Part shown: positions 27,310-32,000 of the stretch, piece after piece
How positions within the stretch are numbered: position 1 is the stretch's first letter
How the letters are laid out: the number at the start of each line of letters is the position of its first letter
Source of the DNA: Candidatus Kuenenia stuttgartensis
GTDB taxonomy: Bacteria > Planctomycetota > Brocadiia > Brocadiales > Brocadiaceae
DNA length: 32,000 bases
Assembly: GCF_900232105.1 (NCBI RefSeq)
Contig: NZ_LT934425.1
Span: 1,830,001 to 1,862,000 of the forward strand
Direction: 5' to 3'
Notes under the pieces: model-generated
Told to the model about the DNA's origin: nothing
The model's input: only the letters and a program-made list of their open reading frames with translations
The model's database searches: none
Translations under genes and position numbers: made by a program

Positions 27310-27989
27310 TTAACGGCGTGCATGTACGTGACAGCGCCGCCGAGAATTCTTGCGATTTCTCGACGTTTAGCAAAGAGCATCCTGCAACCGAACACTATTC
27401 CCGTGATGTTGCCTGGTAAATCATGTATTTGATTTCCTTTGTTGACTAGGATGCGCCACTCTCTCTCATATGACCAAAGCTTTGATTTTGTAGTCAATAT
27501 CTTTGAGACAACCTTTTTATCTCCCAATTCGATGGGTTTAATTGTTGGAAGATTATCATCATACAGGACAGGCATACAATAATCCCAATTCCCCAATTCG
27601 TTAGAATCGGTTCGCTCAAATTCGATACAAAAACCAGTATGAGACTCTGAATAGTGCGACCACATCAAGATATTATCGTTAATCTCGCTAAACGGAAGCA
27701 CCCCCATTTGTTTCATAGCTCTTATCGCTGTTTCGAGCGATACTTCATCTATCGGAAATCCATTTATATGCATTTCAGAAAGGTGAAAACTAAACTCAAA
27801 TGGATCGTTTAATTTTTCTGCAGTTGAAAACCAAATCATTTTGTTTTTCAATATGTCGAGTGAACGATCGTAGAACCTTACATACTTGTATAGTTTATAG
27901 ATGCCGATCTCATTGCAATTTGTGCAACGCAAACGACGCTTTTGAAACTCAGTTTGGCAGTTTAAACACTTAATCGTAGGTTCCGGCAT
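27300..27989 (-). CDS. DUF2971-like protein with N-terminal zinc-ribbon
   Basis: CLNCQTEFQKRRLRCTNCNEIGIYKLYKYV..LKNKMIWFSTAEKLNDPFEFSF...MWSHYSESHTGFCIEF...KSKLWSYEREWRI. Confidence 0.75.
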   Translation of the reverse strand: MPEPTIKCLNCQTEFQKRRLRCTNCNEIGIYKLYKYVRFYDRSLDILKNKMIWFSTAEKLNDPFEFSFHLSEMHINGFPIDEVSLETAIRAMKQMGVLPFSEINDNILMWSHYSESHTGFCIEFERTDSNELGNWDYCMPVLYDDNLPTIKPIELGDKKVVSKILTTKSKLWSYEREWRILVNKGNQIHDLPGNITGIVFGCRMLFAKRREIARILGGAVTYMHAVKAL

Positions 27990-28144
27990 TTGATTTCAAG
28001 GTCTCTCTTCGTACAAGTATTGCTGCATAATATTTATCTTTATCCCACAATTGCCCCACATGTTATTTTGTGATATAGCAAATATCAATCACAATCAGCA
28101 GGATTATGCTGAAAACCGAAAGATTTTTCATCTGAGAGATAACA

Positions 28145-28236
28145 ATCCCCTGATTCCCCCTTTATTAAGGGGGACCTTAAAATTTTCCCCTTTGTTGAGA
28201 GGGACTTAATTGAAATCCCCCTTAACAAAGGGGGAT
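28145..28236. repeat. pair of adjacent palindromic repeats (CCCCCTTTATTAAGGGGG; CCCCCTTAACAAAGGGGG)
   Basis: tccccctttattaagggggacc and aaatcccccttaacaaagggggat within ~70 bp. Confidence 0.65.
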
Positions 28237-28365
28237 ATAGGGAGTTGTGTTTTTTTTCATTAAAGCAACTTCTTTTGTTTTGGCGTTGACGATTATTTCG
28301 TTATTTCATCCCTCAATCTTTCCTTACCAGCAAGAAGTCCATCCAACAGTTTCTTCTCCTTACTC

Positions 28366-28596
28366 TCAGAAGTCTGAAAGATAAGAATAAGGCACGTTGT
28401 CGTAATAGGGTGGGTCAGTAAAAACGGCATCAAAGAAATTATCTTTATAAGGCAGGGCAGTTGCAGATGCTTGAATAACAGCAACATGACTGTCCTGTGC
28501 AGGTTTAGATTTGAATCCTGAAGCCCAATGTTCCAGTTGGTGGTAATAGCTCATACTGTAAACCCTTTGCTTATAATAACAACGGCATAGTATCAA
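28366..28596 (-). pseudogene. remnant of DUF1156-like adenine-specific DNA methylase
   Basis: ...ASATALPYKDNFFDAVFTDPPYYDNVPYSYLSDF* carries the DPPYYDNVPYxxLSDFFY-type catalytic motif; stops immediately after it. Confidence 0.65.
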
Positions 28597-29113
28597 CCTC
28601 GTTTATCCGCGTCAATTAATATCTATCTCATTGCACCACTTATTGTTCTAGCCATCCATTATAGCGTATTTTCTTCGTAACTTATTGGAAATATAGGACG
28701 TCATAGGTAAAAATAGTTTAATCTTCTTGAATGTCTTAGAATTATAGAAATGATAATTTATACATATACATTTATAGGTTTTTAAATTGTTTTAAGCCAC
28801 TTGTTGTATACCCCTCCCTGCATACACCCTTTCGGGTCTACCCATTTTAGGGTATTGAAAAAAAAAGAAATTAGTTTAAAAATACTATTAATACCTTTTT
28901 TTATTAAAAGTATATTTATACTCAGGGATCTCCTAAAATGTGATTTGCGAAATGCTATAACTATTTATATTAACAAAGGTTAAATATATGTTAAAAATCA
29001 CTGTTGGTGAACCCTTACGGTATATATGCTTTTTGTAATCATAAAGTCACCACTGTTGTTTTGTTAAATAAATTTACATCATTACTGTTTTAAACGAAAG
29101 GAGGCGTTGCATC

Positions 29114-29647
29114 ATGAAGTATCATGCACTGTTTTTTTGCCTATTAACCGTGGGCGTTGTTGTAAATGTTCCTGTAAACTCTAAAGTGATTATGGCACAA
29201 GGGAAAGCAATGGAGCACGAAGAAGTTATAGCGCCAACAAAGGAATTAATGAAAGAAATAGAAAATCGGTTAAATAATATGTTGTCGGGAATTCTGGAGA
29301 ATAATTTGAAATATGTTGCGAATGAAGCTGGTGCGATTGTTGATAAAAGCTACAAAATAAACCAGATTTTCTTTGATTTTAACAGGAAGGGAAATGACTG
29401 GTTTAAACGTGCAGGCATCGATCCGGCTGATACCGGGGAGATTGCAAAACGAGAAGAAGAATTTACATTATATCAGAGTGGAATAGTGTATAAGGCCTTG
29501 AACGTTCGAAAAATGGCCATGTCCGGGAATCAGGAAGAAACCTTAAGGGCATTTACGGATATGATTGAAACAACCTGTTTTGCTTGTCACAGAAAAAATA
29601 GGGACTGGCTGCTTGACCAACCAGGAAGTCACGGCCCTGGCAGGTAA
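29114..29647 (+). CDS. secreted monoheme cytochrome, cytochrome c'-like
   Basis: Signal peptide; C-terminal CFACHRKNRDW heme motif after helical region. Confidence 0.7.
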   Translation: MKYHALFFCLLTVGVVVNVPVNSKVIMAQGKAMEHEEVIAPTKELMKEIENRLNNMLSGILENNLKYVANEAGAIVDKSYKINQIFFDFNRKGNDWFKRAGIDPADTGEIAKREEEFTLYQSGIVYKALNVRKMAMSGNQEETLRAFTDMIETTCFACHRKNRDWLLDQPGSHGPGR

Positions 29648-29805
29648 AACGAAAGACTATGAATAAATATCTTCATGATTAAATTTGTCTAAATGCAGGA
29701 AAAACGCTGTTTTCAGGTTTACAAGAGTTTAATAATTATTGAATAATGACACGAGCATTAAACACTTTTGCTTCTTTTCATACATAAAATTTTCATAAGG
29801 AGAAA

Positions 29806-30372
29806 ATGCATATGAGAAAAAAGGGTAAAAAACGAGCAATTATGGTTATTGTATCTTTTATAGCTTTAATAAGTGTTTTAGGTGTATTCATGGGTGGTAT
29901 TGTTTCGGGAAAAGATATTGAAAAAAAACATAAGGCAGAATATGCACCAATAAGGTCGTTGATGTTTATAATAAGTTCTCATACATCAAATATTCTGGAT
30001 GCTATCATGATGGGTGATTATGATTCGGTGAAAAAGGAAGCAGACATCGTCGTTGAGAAAAGCGAGAGCTTGTTGAGAAGTTTTTTCCCGGAAGGGGAAC
30101 CTGTTGGTAAATGGATGGAAGGCTCTGGTATTTCAGGTTTAGATCAAAACAATCCAAAGATGGTACAGGCGGTGAAAGAGGATGTTGAAAAATACATACT
30201 CAAGATCACCAGCTCGGCAAAAAAAATAGCAGAAATTTCTACAAAACAAAATATTGCAGAGACGTATAATAGCTTTGATTTGATGCTAAGGGATGCTTGC
30301 TTTAAATGTCATGAGACCTATCGTTCCAAGTGGCCTGAATGGCCTGAATGGATGCAGATAGGCGGGGGATAA
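29806..30372 (+). CDS. membrane-anchored monoheme cytochrome, cytochrome c'-like
   Basis: N-terminal TM; YNSFDLMLRDACFKCHETYRSKWPEW. Confidence 0.72.
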   Translation: MHMRKKGKKRAIMVIVSFIALISVLGVFMGGIVSGKDIEKKHKAEYAPIRSLMFIISSHTSNILDAIMMGDYDSVKKEADIVVEKSESLLRSFFPEGEPVGKWMEGSGISGLDQNNPKMVQAVKEDVEKYILKITSSAKKIAEISTKQNIAETYNSFDLMLRDACFKCHETYRSKWPEWPEWMQIGGG

Positions 30373-30434
30373 AAAAATTTAAGAAATCGTAAAAACCTTT
30401 TTTATGTTCTGCTGGAACATAGAAGGGAGGAGCA

Positions 30435-30854
30435 ATGAGACCCGAACAAATAGAGCTGGTTCGGAAGACATTTGCAAAAATTCAACCTGTTTCCTACAAA
30501 GCAGCGGAAATGTTTTACAGGCATTTGTTTGAGACAGACCCTTCATTAAGACAACTTTTTAAAAGAGACATAAAGAAACAAGGGCGTATGCTCATGCAAA
30601 TGATTGACTTTGCAGTCAAAGGTTTAGACGACCCGGAAATAATCCTGCCTGCAATTCAGGCGCTGGGAAAACGTCATGTTGGATATGGAGTAAAAGAAGA
30701 GCATTATGAAACTGTCGGCAATGCTTTGCTTTGGACTTTAGAGCAGGGTTTGGGAGATGCTTTTACCTTGGAGGTAAAAGAAGCATGGAGTGAGGCGTAT
30801 AAATTACTGGCAGGTGTAATGATCGAAGCTGCAAGTGGCAGCAAATGCACCTAA
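30435..30854 (+). CDS. single-domain bacterial globin
   Basis: MRPEQIELVRKTFAKIQPVSYKAAEMFYRHLFETDPSLRQLFKRDIKKQGRMLMQMIDFAVKGLD...ALGKRHVGYGVKEEHYETVGNALLWTLEQGLGDAFTLEVKEAWSEAY. Confidence 0.93.
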   Translation: MRPEQIELVRKTFAKIQPVSYKAAEMFYRHLFETDPSLRQLFKRDIKKQGRMLMQMIDFAVKGLDDPEIILPAIQALGKRHVGYGVKEEHYETVGNALLWTLEQGLGDAFTLEVKEAWSEAYKLLAGVMIEAASGSKCT

Positions 30855-30874
30855 CTTTCGTTCTTTGAAAAAAC

Positions 30875-30945
30875 ATGGGCGAAGCATTTGCCAATTTGGG
30901 TATTTGCGTATTAATGACATCTTATAGCAAATGCTTCGCCCCTAT
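30875..30945. repeat. ~70-bp palindromic element at convergent gene junction, copy B (core reversed vs copy A)
   Basis: TGGGCGAAGCATTTGC ... GCAAATGCTTCGCCCCTAT between globin and radical SAM stop codons. Confidence 0.85.
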
Positions 30946-30971
30946 ATTAAAAATTCATTAATAAGGTTTCC

Positions 30972-32000
30972 TTACACCATAATTTTTTGTTTACTTTCTT
31001 CGACTGCAATTACCGTCCCGCAGCCGATTTCTTCATCTGTTAAGTAGCATGCGGGGTCATGCTCCCATATATCGCCGTAGAATGCCTCTGCCCTTGCTCT
31101 AAAGTTTCCTCCGCATATATTCAGCCATTTACACAAGGCGCAACGCCCTTTTATATAGGGGTTTTTATTTTTAAGTTTTGCCATTAGTTCATTTGATGTA
31201 TCTTCCCATATTTCGCTGAACTTTCTCTTTCTCACGTTTCCAAAGGAATATTGCCTCCAGAATTGATCTGCGTAAACCTCGCCATCCCAACTAATACAGG
31301 CCAACCCTTTGCCGGAGCTGTTTCCCTCGTTCCACTGAAGAAGTTCCAATACATCCTTTGCCCTCTTCGCATCTTCTTTCAACAGACGTAAGTAAATATA
31401 CGGGCCATCCGCATGATTATCTACCGTAAGCACTTCTATCTTCTTACCTTTGTCGTGGGATTCTTTTGTTTTATTTATTATTAAATCTACGACTTTCCGC
31501 GTTTCTTCGTGAGAAAGATCCTCTTCGATCAAATTGGAACCTCTTCCCGAGTATACCAAATGATAAAAACATACCCGTGGTATATTTTCCTTTTCAATAA
31601 GGTGGAATATCCCAGGGATATCATGCGCATTGCGCTTATTGATTGTAAAACGAAGTCCAACTTTTATGCCGGCTGCCATACAATTTCTTATGCCTTCTAT
31701 TGCCAGGTCAAATGCTCCCGGAATGCCCCGAAAACGATCATTTGTTTCCCTAAGTCCGTCCAGACTGATCCCAACATAAGAAAGGCCGAATTTTTTCAGT
31801 TCATCCGCCTTTTCTTTCGTAATCAATGTGCCGTTAGTACTTATTACCGCCCGTAATCCTTGCGCTTTGGCATATTCTATCAATTCCAGAAGGTCTGGGC
31901 GCATGAGTGGCTCTCCACCGGAAAAAAGAATCACCGGGGCGCCGTACTCAGCTATGTCATCCAACATTGCCTTTGCCTCTTTTGTTGATAATTCATTTGG
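30972..32000 (-). CDS. radical SAM/SPASM protein, NirJ/AhbC-like (partial, runs off right edge)
   Basis: PVILFSGGEPLMRPDLLELIEYAKAQGLRAVISTNGTLI, YVGISLDGLRETNDRFRG, SPASM-type CALCKWLNICGGNFRARAEAFYGDIWEHDPACYLTDEEIG; no in-frame stop to window end on inspection of the track (track ORF 30972-31967). Confidence 0.85.
   Translation of the reverse strand, partial: PNELSTKEAKAMLDDIAEYGAPVILFSGGEPLMRPDLLELIEYAKAQGLRAVISTNGTLITKEKADELKKFGLSYVGISLDGLRETNDRFRGIPGAFDLAIEGIRNCMAAGIKVGLRFTINKRNAHDIPGIFHLIEKENIPRVCFYHLVYSGRGSNLIEEDLSHEETRKVVDLIINKTKESHDKGKKIEVLTVDNHADGPYIYLRLLKEDAKRAKDVLELLQWNEGNSSGKGLACISWDGEVYADQFWRQYSFGNVRKRKFSEIWEDTSNELMAKLKNKNPYIKGRCALCKWLNICGGNFRARAEAFYGDIWEHDPACYLTDEEIGCGTVIAVEESKQKIMV

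Noticed and set aside
1-32000. CRISPR array, rRNA or phage structural module
   Set aside because: No regularly spaced direct repeats, rRNA-like segments or phage structural proteins seen. tRNAs were not exhaustively searched; tRNAscan-SE and Infernal should be run to exclude small RNAs.

Overview
32 kb window from an assembly that looks like a planctomycete, plausibly anammox-type (inferred from gene content only). Left edge (1-4700, minus strand, visibly more G+C-rich): an RND efflux operon (membrane fusion protein, RND pump, partial NodT-like outer membrane lipoprotein) with a proteobacterial flavour. Next come a SlyD-like FKBP, an Ig-like lipoprotein, an XdhC-like protein and an NAD(P)/FAD oxidoreductase. 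These are followed by a probable exopolysaccharide-related group: UDP-glucuronate decarboxylase-like epimerase, flavodoxin-like reductase, phosphohexomutase, STN/HEAT protein, NusG paralog, EPS-type winged-helix protein and TauE/SafE permease. Then comes a TPR protein beside a minimal chaperone module: J-domain-only protein with HPPD instead of HPD, GrpE-like, Hsp70, and a zinc-ribbon helper. A convergent cstA follows, then a decayed region with DUF499-like and DUF1156-like remnants, a broken hicBA pair, a 518-aa repeated-family protein flanked by a 9-bp direct repeat, and a DUF2971-like protein. The right end carries two CxxCH cytochrome c'-like proteins, a single-domain globin and a NirJ/AhbC-like radical SAM protein. 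The most striking unannotated structures are several small inverted-repeat elements. One ~127-bp family has its 26-bp core inverted between copies while the arms keep the same orientation. A ~70-bp palindrome occupies two convergent gene junctions. Other elements have arms that supply or abut stop codons. There is also a leader before the NusG paralog where the Shine-Dalgarno lies inside a terminator-like hairpin. No CRISPR array or rRNA was seen.
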